Of a stretch of DNA of 64,000 bases, positions 12,318 to 26,875 are shown piece after piece. The position numbers were made by a program, and so were the translations under genes. This DNA comes from Narcine bancroftii (taxonomy: Eukaryota). Where the stretch lies: the NCBI RefSeq assembly GCF_036971445.1, contig NC_091478.1, positions 76,260,001 through 76,324,000 of the forward strand, read 5' to 3'. Below the pieces are notes generated by a model. The model did no database searches and was not told the origin of the DNA. It saw nothing but the letters and a program-made list of their open reading frames with translations. Position 1 is the first letter of the stretch. Each line of letters starts with the position of its first letter.

Positions 12318-13320
12318 TCGCTTCTCCTTTGACTCATCCCACTTTCTCCAGGTTAAAGGGGTAGCCGTGGGTACCCGCATGGGACCCAGCCTTTTTGTTG
12401 GCTACATGGAGCAATCTATGCTACAGGCAAGGTCCCTCAACTCTTCTTCCACTAAACTGACAACTACTTTGGTGCTGCCTCACGCACCCATGAGCTCATC
12501 GACTTTATCCACTTTGCTGCCAATTTCCACCCTGACCTCGAATTCACTTAGTCCATCTCCTGCAACACTCTCCCTTTTCTTGCTCTCTGTCTCCATCTCA
12601 GGAGACAAACTTTCAACAGACACCTTCTACAAACCCACCAACTCCAACAGCAACCTTGACTATACCTCTTCACACCCTGTCCCTATTAGGATTCCATTTC
12701 TTTCTCTCAATTCCTCCGTCTCTGTCACATCTATTCCCAGGACAAATTCTTCCATGCCACATGTCCTCCCTTTTCAAACAACATGGCTTCCCCTCAATTT
12801 GGTCCTCACCCACATATCCTTCATTACTTGCACCTCAGCCCTGACCCCCTCCACCACCATGCACAACAGGATTCCTCTTGTCCTCATCTACCACTCCACC
12901 AGCCTTTGCATCCAACACATCTACTACATGATCCCACCACAATACACATTCCTCTCTCCTTCCCTCTCTGCCTTCTGCAGGGACTGTTCCCTCAGTAACT
13001 CCCTCATCCACTCCTTTCTCCCCAATTACCCCTTTGACATCCACCCCTGTAATTGCAGGAGATGCTCCACATGCACCCACACCTACTCCCTCACCACCAT
13101 TCAGAGCCCCAAAGTCTTTCCAAGTAAAGCAACACATCACTTGTGAATCTTCAATTTCCATCCCCATTCCCTTGCTGAAGAGTCTGTCCATGGTCTCATG
13201 CACTGCCAGACTGAGACCACCCACAAATTGGAGAAACATCACTTCATCTTCCGTCTGGAATGACATTAACATCAACTTCTCTGGTTTCCATTAAACCACC
13301 CCCATCTTCTTCCCTGTCTT
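12318..13320 (+). mobile_element. Penelope-like retroelement, degraded
   Basis: FSFDSSHFLQVKGVAVGTRMGPS RT motif, YKPT..LDY.S.HP, IPLVL.YH, terminal GININFS; frameshifted. Confidence 0.8.
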
Positions 13321-15385
13321 CTTTCCTCTAGTTCTATCTCTCTATTCCTTTCCCTCTGTCTCCTTTCACAGAGCTAAAATCAGTTCTCACTTTTCCTCTT
13401 ATCATATCCATATCCAGACCTTTAGTATGTTGCCTGTACTCCTCCCCCTCCTATTCTTTCCCCAGCCTTTAATTCAGATGCCTGTCTTTTTTCACTCATA
13501 CCCTGAGGAAGGGCTCAAGGCTAAAACATCAGTAATATATCTTAACCTCCTGTGGATGCTAAGATTCCGGCTGAGTTCCATCATCATTTCTGCGTTTTGA
13601 TTATCATAAAAAGGAAAGCTGTCATCCTTACTCAGACATGTGACATTTGGAACTGTTTTCTGAGTTCAGGACATATGAGGGATGGACAAAAATTGTTAGA
13701 ATGCCAGTAAAATTCATATCCTGTGAACAAATATATTTTTAAAGACATATTTTGTAAAACAGAAAATACTATTTAGTATTGATAAGAGTCAAAGTTACTA
13801 ATCTTGAAAAGGAATTCCACAGAATAAAACATAAGAGATTTGGTTAACCTATCTGCTTCACTATTTAGCTCCACATCATTACAGAAATGGCCTTTATAAT
13901 TGAACAAATTTAACCTTGTCTTTGGCAAAAACATTCTGCAGTGCCAGGTTCTTGTTGTGCCCAAGTATTAGGTGAAGTCTGTTTATTATATTTTCTCTAC
14001 AGTGCATAAAAGGCAATCTGTGTTCTGTGCACTACTGAAATGATTAACAACGGGAAAAAAAACAACCAAACATGCACAGAAGTTTGTCCGCTCTCTGGTG
14101 GGCGTAAAGTGCAATCGTGTATCATATGTTTGTTGTTCTTGGTTTCTGAAATTCCATTCTATTGATTTAATAGATCTGAATTTCAGAAGCAGAATGCAAT
14201 ACACTCTACATTACAATAAAGCACATTTCACAGTATGTGAAATCTGTAATTTAGGATTAATTTCTACCAAAGTGTCTTGTGGATGTTCTGATTAAACGTA
14301 GAATATCTAAAATATACGCCCATCTTTTCATTTTCTTTGCATTTCCAACATTTTTGTTTATGTTCTTCGACTTACAGGATACCAATTTAGTTTTTTTTCC
14401 CCCAAAACAGTAGATTTTACTGCTTTAAGCTCTTTTAATTGATGAAAGTTACAAAATGTACATCTCTTATTGAAAGTTGTTTTTAGGTACAGCATGATAA
14501 AAGGCCTTTCCAGCCCACAAGCCGCACTGGAAGGTGGTGGAAAGAAGGCAACGGGTAATGGTGCCTAGTTATATGGAATAATAACAGAATCTTTCTGCTT
14601 CTGACAGTCAGAGGGCATAAAATGTGTTACATGTTATGATTACTTCAAAAGCAATTTCGAAAAGATTGCAATATGTTCAAAGTATCTAAAGTCAAGACAG
14701 ACAATTGGAAGTGAAATCAAGAGAGCAGTCTCTCCAGTATTTATATACCGGCCATGTTAAATAATGCAGCAATAACATCATATCATGTTGATCAATACAT
14801 GGAATCAGTAATAATTTATAGTGTTAATAAACCACAGTAATGTTTGCAGTGCCTTTGACAATATTAATAATAAATAAAAATGAACATACACGGGAGAACA
14901 TGTTTTTGTTTTGGAGCTTAATGAAGATCAGCAAAGTGAGAATACAAATGCACAGTAAGATCAATAGGCATTGAAAATTTTCAACTTATTTTTCAGCAGA
15001 ATTTCTCAGTGATGATTTGGACTCTTGACGGACTCATCATGGTGTATGAGGTATGGATGGAAAACTTTTGCTGTCCAAGGGATCAGCACAGGAGGATGCG
15101 TGATACTGCCTCAAAAGCAAGTCACCAGTGACACGTGACAGAGAAATTCAGCTAGTGCAAAATTGCAAATTCCATTAGAACTGCCACATCTTCAACACCT
15201 TTGCTTTGTTTTCATGGTCTTGAAAGGGATCAACTTTTGAAACAGTTGTGCAGTCACTGGCAATATATTTTTTTGATCTCTTCAAAACAATTAATTGATG
15301 ATTTATCAATTATCATTCTTTACATATTCCCCAATGTTTAACCATCATAGGCTAAAACAGAGGTTCCAGAAGCAAAATAGTAATG

Positions 15386-15576
15386 TTATTTTGTCTGAAA
15401 AATTAATTCCGTTATTTCTGCTCTGCTTCCTAGTCTCATTGGAATTCCATAGTAAATGGTCCCAGGAGTTACATACACTAAACTGTTCTCGGCAGTTTTA
15501 TAAAGACCTTCAAAGTATGGATTCAAAACATAGGCAGCAATTGCCAGAGGAAAAATCTGTCCAGCATGAGTATGAC
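15386..15576 (-). CDS. TMPPE: TMPPE coding exon 5 (last)
   Basis: [26 protein letters not shown]...[30 protein letters not shown]; metallophosphoesterase motif V (GHTH). Confidence 0.93.
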
Positions 15577-15789
15577 CTGTTGAGAAGAATAATAAAAGTA
15601 AATTTGGATATTAGATTAGTACTGATAATCAAAGACATTAGATTTTTCAAACTTAAAATAAAGGACCTCCAAGATAGTAATCTCTGGATTACTACCAGTG
15701 CCACGTGCCAATGAGAATAGGAATAAGAGGATAGAGTAAGAATACAAAAAGCCTGATGGGGAAAGCAGATGAGCTTAAGGCAAAGAAAG

Positions 15790-17270
15790 GTGGAGAACAA
15801 TAGGATATTGTACCCATTACAGAGGTGCAGATCAAGAAGGAGCAGGCCTGGCAGCTCAGTATTCTGGGGTACCATTCTCTGGTGTGATAGGAACAGTGGG
15901 AAGAAAGATGGTCGGGGAGGCGGGGGAGTTGCAATATAGTCAAAGAAGATATCACTGTAGTCTTTGGAGAGGATATTCCCAGTGAACTATTGTATAAAGC
16001 AGTCAGGATGGAAATCAGGAATCGAAAAGGAGTAGTCACTTTGATGGGTGTATATTATAGGCCAATCTTCTGATGGCTATGGCCCCCTTAGGACTCTGCT
16101 CATTTTATGGGCCCCCTTTTCTGTGAAGTCAAATTTATTGTCATCTGATTCCACAAGTACAATCCGACAAAATTAGTGTGCTCCGGTTCTCAGTGCAAAA
16201 CATGTAAACTCACAACCAGACATAACACACATACAGGCAAATAATATATAAGCAGGACAAGTATACGAATAAATAAATACATATTTGTACATATGAGAGT
16301 CTCAGATGGTTAGTGTGAGAAATTCCTTTGATTGTTCAGCATTCTCAGTGCCCATGGGAAGAAGCAGACAAGTTTAGTTGGGTTCTTCTGTACTTCTCTC
16401 CTATTGGCTACATCAAATATTTTTTAATGATTTCAGTCTGTGGCTCCCCTACCCCCCAACTTTGAAATGTTCTGAGACCCCCTCAGGAGAACCATGGACC
16501 CCATTGAGAATAGCTGCTATAGGCTATTAAACAGTCACCGAGAGACAGAGGATCAAATATGGAGAGAGATTGCTGAGGTCTGAAAAAAAGAGCAAAACTG
16601 TTATTGTAGATGATATCAACTTTCCCAACATTGATTGGGAATGCAAAGTTTTAGAAGTTGAACTTAAAGTGTGCCCAAGAGAAACTTGTACAGCAGTGCA
16701 TGGATAGGCTTATTAGGGAATGAGCAATATTGGAGCTTGGATAGGGAAATGAACTGGTCATATAACTGAAGTATCAGAAGGGAAACACTTTGGGACCAGA
16801 GACCTCACTTCTATTAGCTTTAGGATAATTATGGAAACAGATAACACATCCTTGTTAGAATAGTAAATTGGGGCAAGACCAATTTTGACATGATTAAGCA
16901 GGAGTTAGCAAAAGTTGACTGCTCAGAAATGTTAGCGAGTTAGAGCATGACTGCCAAATGGGGAGCATTCCAAGAGTTTGATAGGGAAGGTCCAGAACAA
17001 ACAATAATGTAAAGGGCAGTCATGGCAAGGTAAAGGAGGTGCAGGGACAGTCCTTCACTCATAGGGCGCTGGGCACACAGAATGAGATGCTAAAGTAGTG
17101 GAGGCAGGTCTGTAAGTTTCCTTTGAGAAACACTTGGAGAATTACATGGTTGGGAGGGGTTGGGAGGGGTATGGCCTTAATGTGGACAAGTAAGACTAAA
17201 GCTGCAGGGTACATTATTCAGCATGGACATGCTGGGCCTGAGGGACTGTTTCTGTGCCGTAAGATTCTAT
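15790..17270 (+). mobile_element. CR1-type LINE remnants (endonuclease region and 3' end), interrupted by other repeats
   Basis: TLMGVYYRP, DINFPNIDW and H..ISF.I remnants; boundaries approximate. Confidence 0.6.
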
Positions 17271-17637
17271 GCCTCGAAGTGGGGAACTATTGTTCACATG
17301 CCAATAGATTAATGATGCAAAATTTCCTCAGCACTGGAGATACAAAACGTCTCTGTATCTTCCCACTTGTCACAAGATAATGCAGTAGTAATGCTACTGC
17401 CTCACAACTGTAAGGACCTAGGTTCAATCCTGATCCAAGGTACTGACTGTGCAGTCTCACACTCTCTCCATTTGGGTTCTCCCCATTGTTCTCACTTCTC
17501 AAAGATGTGTTGTTATGTTAATTGACTACTATACTTATGTCATTCGTGTAAAGAGTCATAGAGTCATACAGCGTGGAAATAGACCCTTCGGCCTGACTTG
17601 TCCACATCCATTAAATTGTGCAATCCACCTTACACCT

Positions 17638-20600
17638 TGTGGTAAACCACTTTTGTATATTTAATTGCCTGGACATGCCCAATGGTTGACTATACCTGTG
17701 GCTCCTCCCACAGACTCCTGAATAAAGGCGACTATTCCCAGTTCAGGACAGTGAACCAGCATGGATGTGCCTCCATTTTTTTTTGTGAATAAAAGCCTAT
17801 CAATTTTACATAACTTCCAGTCTTTTGGAGTTATTGATGGTGCATACATTTTATTCACAATAGATTTGTGAAGTTGAAAATCGACCCTCAATCACCTGAA
17901 GCCTCCACCAACTTCAAACTTTGGCTGCGTTGCTGCGAAGCATTCCTGCAGGCATCATCTGCCATTGTTTGATCAGAGAACGTCAAGCTGCAGGTACTAC
18001 ACTCCCAGGTCAGGCCCTTGGTATAATCAATGATCAGGGTCATACCCGGAGGCAATAGACATTCTGAAAGACCTGTACCTGAGGAAGGTAAACGAGTCTA
18101 GGCGAGACACCTCCTGGCTACCCAAAAAAGGTGACCCAGGGAAATCAAGCGCTGAGTACCTCCGGGCCCTGCGAACTCTCGGACTGGCCTGCAACTGCAA
18201 GGCCATGATGGGCGTGGAGAACAGGAGGATCTGATTAGAGATATGCATGTTGCAGACATCAGCTCCAACTACATCTGTCAGAGACTGCTGGAACAAAATG
18301 AGCTCAATTTGCAGAGGGCGGTCAGACTAGGTGAGCTCAATTTGCAGAGGTGGCTCTCCAGAATATGGAAGCCTACTTGGCCAACAATGCAGCTGCCTAG
18401 TGGTTGCCCTGAGCGCCACCATCTTGGGACACTCTGCTACCATCCGACCACGGCTGCTGAATTCCACGAGCACCTAAAACCACTATTGCTGTGTCCTACC
18501 AGTGACCCGACCACAACCACTGTACTCCATGAGTACCCAAAGTGCTACTTCTGCGGCCTGAGCAAGCACCCGAAGAAAGGCTGCCCAGCGAAAAACACGG
18601 TTTGCTCTGTGGAAAAAAAGGGCATTACTCAAAGGTGTGAAACTCCAAGTCACCCTAATCCAGCAGTGATGCATCCGGGCCGTCATCTTCGAGACCCAGC
18701 AGTACTGCATGCAAGCCGTGGGCGCCACCATCTTGGGTGCCGCCATCATGTGACCGAACACGCAAACTCTCCACCGCAGCCTTCAGACAGCGACCTGACA
18801 CAGGCCTCCATCATGCTGGATCAAGGTCGTCCTCACCAATTTGCCAGATCGATGATAGACATCCAGGTAATGAATGGCCATGTGACAAGCTGTCTGTTCG
18901 ATAGGAGGAGCATGGAGAGCTTAATCCACCCTGTCATTGTACAGTGCTGCTCCCTCGTGGTTAGGCCAGTGAGTCACAAAGTCTCCTTGGCCTCGAAGAA
19001 CCATACGGCTGATGTGTGTGGCTATTACATAGTGGCCCTGACTGTGCGGGGCACAGGCTACAAAGATTTTAAACTCCTGGTGATGTCATAACTATGCACT
19101 GCCGTGCTACTGGGCCTGGACTTTCACACCTTAAAAGTGTGACGATGGACTATGATGGGCCCCAACCATTGACTTAATCAGCATATCACCAGCTCCCCAT
19201 CCACCTGGAGGACTGCCAATATACCAGTTTTGAGGCAGATGACTGCCTCTACTATTTCCTGAGGGTTCCCTTCAGCATTAACAATGGGATCTCAGTCTTC
19301 CAGTGGGAGATGGACCGAATGATAGACCAGTATGAGCTGCAAGACGCATTCTCATATCTTGTCAACGCCACCATTTGTGGCCATGACTTGCAGGATTATG
19401 ACCCCAACCTCAAAAAATTCCTCCAGACCGTCAAACTTCTTAACATGACATACAATAAGGCTAAATGAGTATTTCACACAACCTGCCTTGACATCCTTGG
19501 CTGCATCATGGAGAACGGAGTAATTGACCCCGACCCCAATCGCATGCACCTGCTTTTGGAACACGCCCTTCCCCACAGCCTCAAAGACCTGAAAAGGTGC
19601 CTGGAGTTCTTTTCCTACTCTGCCGAGTGGGTCCCCAATTATGAGGATAAGGCTTGCCCACTGGTTAAATCTATCTCCTTTCCCCTGACATCAGAGGCCC
19701 ATGCAGCTTTCAGCCGCATCAAGATGGACATTGCCAAGACTACAATGCACATCACTGATGAATCCATCCCATTCCAGGTGGAGAGCGATGCATCCAACTT
19801 TGCTCTCTGACTGCCACATTTAACTAGGCACCGTTACCTTCTTTCCACCACCTTCCAGGGCCCCGAAATTTGACACTTCTCTGTCAGGAAGGAGGCCCGA
19901 GCCATTGTTGAGGCGGTATGGCACTGAAAACACTATCTAGCTGGCAAACAATTTACCTTACTGGCTTTCATGTTCAACAACCGGCAGTGAGGTAAAATCA
20001 AAAAACTATAATATTGAGGTGGAGAATTGAACTTTCCACCTACAATTATGATATCCTGGGAAACTCAATCAGCCCCCTGATGCTCTATCCCATAGAACGT
20101 GTGTCAGTGCTCAAACAGACCAATTGTAAACCCTCCACAGTGATCTGTGCCAACCTGGAGTCACCAGGTTCTTCCACTTTATCATTGAGAATACGACTAT
20201 GACCAGAAACTGCCAGGTCTGTGCAGAGTACAAACCACACTTCCATTGACCAGAGAGAACACAGCTGAAAAAGGCCAACCGCCCCTTTGAATACCTGAGC
20301 ATCAATTTCAAAGGACCCCTCCCCTCATTTGACCACAAGGTGTACTTCCTCAACATCATTGATAGGTACTCGTTTTCTGTTTGCCATCCCCTGCCTGGAC
20401 AAGACAGTTGCACAGTCATCAAGGCCCTATGCAGTCTCTTCACCCTGTTTGTGTTCCCTGCTATATCCATAATGACCGGGGACCCTCCTTTATGAGTGCT
20501 GAGCTGCTCCAGGACCTGCTGGTCAGAGGCATCGCCACGAGCAGAACCATTAGCTACAACCTCCAAGGGAACAGGCAGGTGGAAAGGGAGAGTGCCACAG

Positions 20601-21406
20601 ACTGGAAGGCCATCCTCCTAGCTTTGAGGACTAGAGTCCTTCCAGAGTCCTGCTGGCAAGATGTTCTCTATGAGGCACTCCACTCAATCAGATTATTCCT
20701 ATGTACCCCCATTATGTTGTCCTTCCCCAGGACCCAGCCTGGTTGACGTTCCCAGGGCCAGTCCTACTCTGGAAGCATGTAAGGAGCCATAAGTCCAACC
20801 CACTGGTTGAAAGGGTCCACCTCCTCCATGCCAAACCACATTATGCCTATGTGGCATACTCTGATGGGCACAAGGACACAGTCTTTGTTAGCGACCTGAC
20901 ACCCTCAGGGGTTCTGGAGACTATTACCGATCACCCCGCATCCCCCTCACCTATCGTTACCCATGATGCATCAGGGCCATGGAATGTTACCCCAGCCCCA
21001 ACGGATGGCATGCCAGACTCGTCGCCACGCATCCACCAAACAAACGCCTGCATACAGCCGCCCCAGACTGTCCAGGACCCCATCGCTGTGATGCAGCCGG
21101 GACTGCGACAGTTGTAGCAGCAGATCAGACCACCCGAAAGACTTAATTTATGTTAACATTTAATGCACTTCACGCTTTCAAACTATTTTTAAAAGTAAGA
21201 GGTGAATGTGATAAACCACTGTTTGTATATTTAACTGTCTGGGCATGCCATTGGCTGACTGTACCCGTGGCTCCTCCCACAGACTCTTGAATAAAAGTGA
21301 CTGTTCCAAAGCCCCCTCTCCAGTTCAGTGCTTCCATTCTATTGTGAATAAAAGCCTATCAGTATTACATAATTTCCAGTCTTTTTGAGTTATTGATGAT
21401 GCATCA
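17638..21406 (+). mobile_element. Ty3/Gypsy LTR retrotransposon 1, degraded (LTRs about 17638-17848 and 21207-21406)
   Basis: Paired LTRs beginning TGTG(G/A)TAAACCAC; gag knuckle CYFCGLSKHPKKGC, RT remnants, RNase H VESDASNFAL, integrase; purine tract 21191-21206. Confidence 0.9.
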
Positions 21407-21479
21407 TGCCTATCTACCTGTGTATACCTATCCTATCCATTTATTAGTCCAAATTTTTCCTTAAACATTGCAATATGCA

Positions 21480-21850
21480 TGCCTCAACCACCTCTTCTGG
21501 CAGCCTGTTCCATAAAGTTACTACACTTTGTGTAAAATAGTTATCCCATCACCTGAAACATATGTCCTCTGGTAACTGATTCCCCTAGAATAAAAAATTG
21601 TGTTCATCTGATCAATTTCTCTCATAATTTTGTACCCCTTTACGAGATCACCCCTCATCCTCCTGTGCTCCAAGGGATAAAGCCCCAGTCTGCTCAACCT
21701 TTCCCCAAACCTCAAGACATCCTAATAAATCTTCTCCCTATCTTCTCCAGCTGAACTACTTCCCTGTAGCATGGTGACTAAAATTGAACACAGTATTCCA
21801 AATAGGGCCTCATCAACGTCTTATACAACTGCAACATGACCTCCCACATC
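21480..21850 (-). mobile_element. CR1 fragment
   Basis: ERLSRLGLYPLEHRRMRGDLVKGYKIM. Confidence 0.7.
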
Positions 21851-22924
21851 TGAGTGGTGAAGGCAAAAAAAATCAAATAAGGAACTGATGGACATACAGT
21901 ATGTGAGAGAGAACAAGTTGCAGAGGTTCAGGAAAATAAAAGGAGGGGTAATTGCAATACGGAATCACTCAGCTGAGAGCCAGCATGAGTTTGAAGGGCT
22001 AAATGGTCACCTTGTATGTTATGAGAGATGATCTACCTATTCAATGCATAATGAGCTGTATCTCATGCAATCCATAACGTTACTGTGGACTCAAGAAACA
22101 AACTACAGTAGAAACGAGCCTTGCTGCTTGAGAGTTACGCAAAAGTAGCTTGTGATCGAAGTTATGAACTGGGTTACATTCAGCATCTGCCACATAGAGC
22201 ACAGATAAGGCAACTCTTTACTCCCTAAAAATCATTTTCACAAATATCGGTTATTTTGCAGCATTATCTTTGGTACTTGTCCTATCTTCAATGGCTTTTA
22301 AGTAAAGATAATCATCATTTGGATGTGATACACAGAAGATGGTGATGGTAGATTTTCTACTCAAACAACAGTTGATATTTAATCTTACAGAGTGGTTTAC
22401 CATGTCACTTCAGATGATAATCCACTATAAGGTTGAGGGAAGGTAGTCATCCATACTGTAGACTGGTCAAAAATGTCATGCCCCCTACGTAAAGAATCTA
22501 CCCATTAGTGTTGTTTTTACAACAATCTAATAGATTTGCAGTTACAATAACTAATAAACTCTTTTGATTTAAACTGAATTTGTTAGATTACTAATCCAAT
22601 CTCTGCATTATGAAGAACTTTCATCCCTGTCAAGAAGACGAGATCCCTCCACAATGGTGGTTCTCTGAGGCATCAGCATGGACCAGTAAATTGTGGCAGT
22701 TGCCAATCTTTCTGGCTCCATGTGGGGAAAGTAACAACCAACTTGCAAACACTATTACTGTGATTTCTACTTTCCTGCTCTAATCAGATATTTGGAAAAC
22801 AATGACCAGAGTAGATCTTTACATCTTTTCACAGGAGACCAGTGATATAGAGTTGTTCAGCAGCTCTTAATGGGAAATCTGTCCACTCTCCAAATGCAAT
22901 GAGCTACAGAAATACCGATCTTTC

Positions 22925-24130
22925 TGAATTTTTTTTGAGGATGTAGCTATGAAAATGGACAAGGGAGAGCCAGGAGATGTAATGTACCTGGACTTTCAGA
23001 AATCCTTTGATAAAGTATCTATAGGAGATTGGTGAGCAAAATTAGAGCACATGGTATTGGGGGTAGGGTACTGACATGGATAGAAAATTGGTTGGCAGAC
23101 AGGAAACAAAGAGTAGGGATTAACAGATCACTTTCGGAATGGCAGGCAGTGATTAGTAGGCTCGGTGCTGGGACCGTAGCTATTTACAATATACATTAAT
23201 GATTTAGATGAAAGGATTAAAAGTAACATTAGCAAATTTTCAGATGACACAAAGCTGGGTGACATGTGGGGAGGATGTAATGAGAATGCAGTGACTTGGA
23301 TAGGTTGGGTGAGTGTGCAGATGCAGTTTAATGTGGATAAATGTGAGGTTATCCACTTTGGTGGCAAGAGCAGGAAGGCAGATTACTATCTGAATGGTGT
23401 CGTTAGGAAAAGGGGAAGTATAATGAGATCTAGGTGTTCTTGTTCATCAATCACTAAAAGTAAGCATGCAGGTACAGCAGGCAGTGAAGAAAGCTAACGG
23501 CACGTTGGCCTTCATAACAAGGGGAGTTGAGTATAGGAGCACAGAGGTCCTTCTGCAGTTATACAGGGCCCTGGTGAGTCTACACCTGGAGTCTTGTGTG
23601 CAGTTTTGGTCTCCAAATTTCAAGAAGGACATTCTTGCTATTGAGGGAGTGCAGCGTAGGTTCATGAGGTTGCATCCTGGGATGGCAGGACTGTCATATG
23701 TTGAAAGATTGGAGCAACTGGGCTTGTAATCACTGAAATTTATAAGGATGAGAGGGGATCGGATTGAAACATGTAAGATTATTAAGGGATTCCACACGCT
23801 AGAGGCAGGAAACATGTTCCCGATGTTGGGGGAGTCCAGAACCAGAGGCCACAGTTTAAGAATGAGGGGTAGGCCATTTAGAATGGAGTTGAGGAAAAAC
23901 TTTTTCAACCAGAGAGTTGTGGATCTGTGGAATTCTCTGCCTCAGAAGACTGTGGAGCCAGTTCTCTAGATGCTTTCAAGAGTTAGGCAGAGCTCTTAAA
24001 AGATAACAAAGTCAATGGGATATGGGGAGAAGGTAGAAACAGGGTACTGATTGTGGATGAACAGCCATGATCACAGTGAATGGTGGTGCTGGCTCGAAGT
24101 GCCAAATGGTCTACTCTTACTCCTATTGTC
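22925..24130 (+). mobile_element. CR1-type LINE RT and 3' end
   Basis: VMYLDFQKSFDKV, SKFSDDTKL, QFNVDKCEVIHFG, LYRALV..HLE.CVQFWSP. Confidence 0.88.
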
Positions 24131-24403
24131 TGTAACACTTATTCATGATACATTGATACTTATTTTATTAAAACATAATATCTCCACCCACTGGTTGCCA
24201 GATTTGGCGCCTTCACCACCAAATTCCAGAAATTTAGCGCTTTCTGGAATCAGCTTGTGGCAGAAAATTCCACCTGGTGTTTTTAGAAGATTTTTAGGCT
24301 CTTTTTGGTTCTGTTTGGGGCTTTTGAAAACTTTTTAAACTGTTTTTTTTTTAAATCTGGCACCCATTTCATTCATCCCCTATTATCCATTTAATTTGCT
24401 TAC

Positions 24404-24543
24404 CACAGAGAACTAGGCTGATGTCTGGTCTGCTTTGAAGGGCACGTTTAGCAGCTGCTGGCTGATGCGCCAACAGCACTATGGTGTCTTCGGAACTGCA
24501 GCCATCCAATGCTTTATTTAAATCCATACCATGTTCAGGATAT
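24404..24543 (-). CDS. TMPPE: TMPPE coding exon 4
   Basis: [46 protein letters not shown]; 140 nt, phase 2-1. Confidence 0.93.
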
Positions 24544-26043
24544 CTGTATAATAAGCAGCAATAGTCAAGGCAAGAGATCAATAGGTCCTTGTAACCTAGC
24601 TAGCTCATGCCCTTGATGCTCCTTGGAGGCAGTTTTGATGCATTTGGTTATTACCTCTTAGTTTAGTTTTAAACTTTCTACTTTTATACTCATTTGAAAT
24701 ACAAACTTTAAACAAGCCATTCTTAACCTTTTTTTGAGGTTCTCAATCTATTACAGTCTAAGACCCACCTGGCTTCTGGCCTTCCATGCCCACTAGTGAG
24801 CAAGTCAAAGGCAGCTCTGTGAGAAAGACATCTTTATCTAATTTAAAGTATTTAATTAACATTAAGGAACCTCTGCCTTAGGACTCTGCTCAAAGTTTAT
24901 GGTCCCTCTTCTCTGTGAAGCAGTCGATTAGTGGGTTTCTTTCTTATTCCTCTCCTACCAATGACATAAAGAACATAAACATTTTTTTATGGTTGTAGTC
25001 CATGGTCCCCCTTATATATGCTGTGGCCCCTGTTGAGAATGGCTCACACAAACTTTTAAAATATTGGCTGCACAGATTTGATGTCTTGCTGTTTAACAGC
25101 AGTCTTAACCACCTTATTGTACTCAGCATATCATCTGTAATTCAAGACCCAGATTGGTAACTCCATTATCATTCCCCCCGCCCCCCTCCACCCCCCGCCA
25201 CTGTCTCTAATGACAGTGCAGCTACCTTCAGAAAACATTGAACCAAATGATTCTAAAGACCCTTTCAGTGCATCAACTGAAATTGATGGATGCACGAAAT
25301 CATCTCACTTGTTCTTCCTTATTAGTCCGGAAACACTGAATTGGTGAATAGGGTGGGTGATTTAAGTACGCTGTACAAGTATAATGTGCAGAAAAAGTTT
25401 TCTTGCTGATCCCAGTAACATGCAAATTTCAAACACCTATTTGCACAGACTAGAGCGCCGAAGGGGCCTGTTCCTTTGCTGTAATGTTCTATGGTCTTGT
25501 GATTGCCATGTTAATCATTTCCTTTTTTTTTAATATTTTATTTTTCACACTATGAACCATATTAATCAAAATACACACAAACATTTCCCTCTGGCATTTT
25601 CTCCCCTTTTTCCCCCCTCCCTTCCCTCCCTCCTTCCCACCCCCATCCAAACCCATTATACACTCAGTTAATCATTTCCTAAGGATAACATTTTATAAAG
25701 AGGAATCCTGCTTTTTTATTTATTTATTCCATGGTTATCCTCATCTCACAGTAAAGTAACCCAAAGTACAGAGAAAATAAAAAAAGATATACTGTAGGTT
25801 AAACCTCAAAGATCAAGAAACACCAGATCCTCTAATTGCACTTTTACAAAACCTGTTGCGATTATCCTTTGAAAATCTGGTGCAGGAATTTAGTGATTGT
25901 TGATAAGGAATAAACGTTAAAACTTCTCATGTTTTTTTCAGAGGTTACAGTTTGATTTTCACAGAAGAGGGATGGCATTCCACACCCCTTGAACACATTC
26001 CACAAGCAGAGGGTACAGAGAAAATATGTAAAGAAGAACTTAC

Positions 26044-26209
26044 TGTAACATGTCTGCTTCAATATCGTCGACCCCTGCCAGGCAGAACCAGTCCTTGTTC
26101 CCACGTGGGCTGTAAATCTTGACATGTTCATTGTGGAGAGGCCGTATATTTAACGACTGCAGGTGCACCAACCAGTTGGCGACGTCAGCACTGTAATAAT
26201 CATGGTTAC
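26044..26209 (-). CDS. TMPPE: TMPPE coding exon 3
   Basis: [28 protein letters not shown]...[14 protein letters not shown]; motif III (GNHD); 166 nt, phase 1-2. Confidence 0.93.
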
Positions 26210-26875
26210 CTGGGGGTCAGCCGGAAAGATGGGCACAATTCATTACTTTGCTTCCACAAACTGCTCCCAGTTAACTGGGTCAGAATGGGGAGAAAATACC
26301 CATGAACACACCACAACCTGAAATAATTTAAAGTGTTAGGAACACATAGGGAAATCATTGGGATAAAAATAAATGTTTTGGTTGGAAGTGCTCATCCATC
26401 CTACTAAAATGTTCCACTTTAAACACCAACTCCAACAGGTCTTGGCTAAGTTGCTGCTTATCATCTTTTAATGACAAAAAAGCATGCTATTTGGCCCCTC
26501 ACTTCATGCTGTCATCCAGGGAAACAAACCTATTCATCCATTCCCTGTTGATAGATTCGTAGTGTGGTACGGCATAGAAACAGGCCCTTTAACCCACTGC
26601 ATCCATGTCACCCATCATGCCTATCTATTCTAATACCACCAGCCTACACTAGACGATATTCTAATTCCATATCCCTGCTGATTCTGTCAAGTATTCTCAA
26701 TGTGTCTTGTAAATGTTGCTACTGATCCTGCCCCTGTCACCTCATCTGGCAACTCTTTCTAGATACCAACCACTCTGTGTGAAAAATTCACCTCTCAGGT
26801 CACCTTTAAACTGCTGCCAACTCACCTGAACCCCTACTATGAAAAGCAGAGACTTTCTGTCTACTCTATTTAAGC

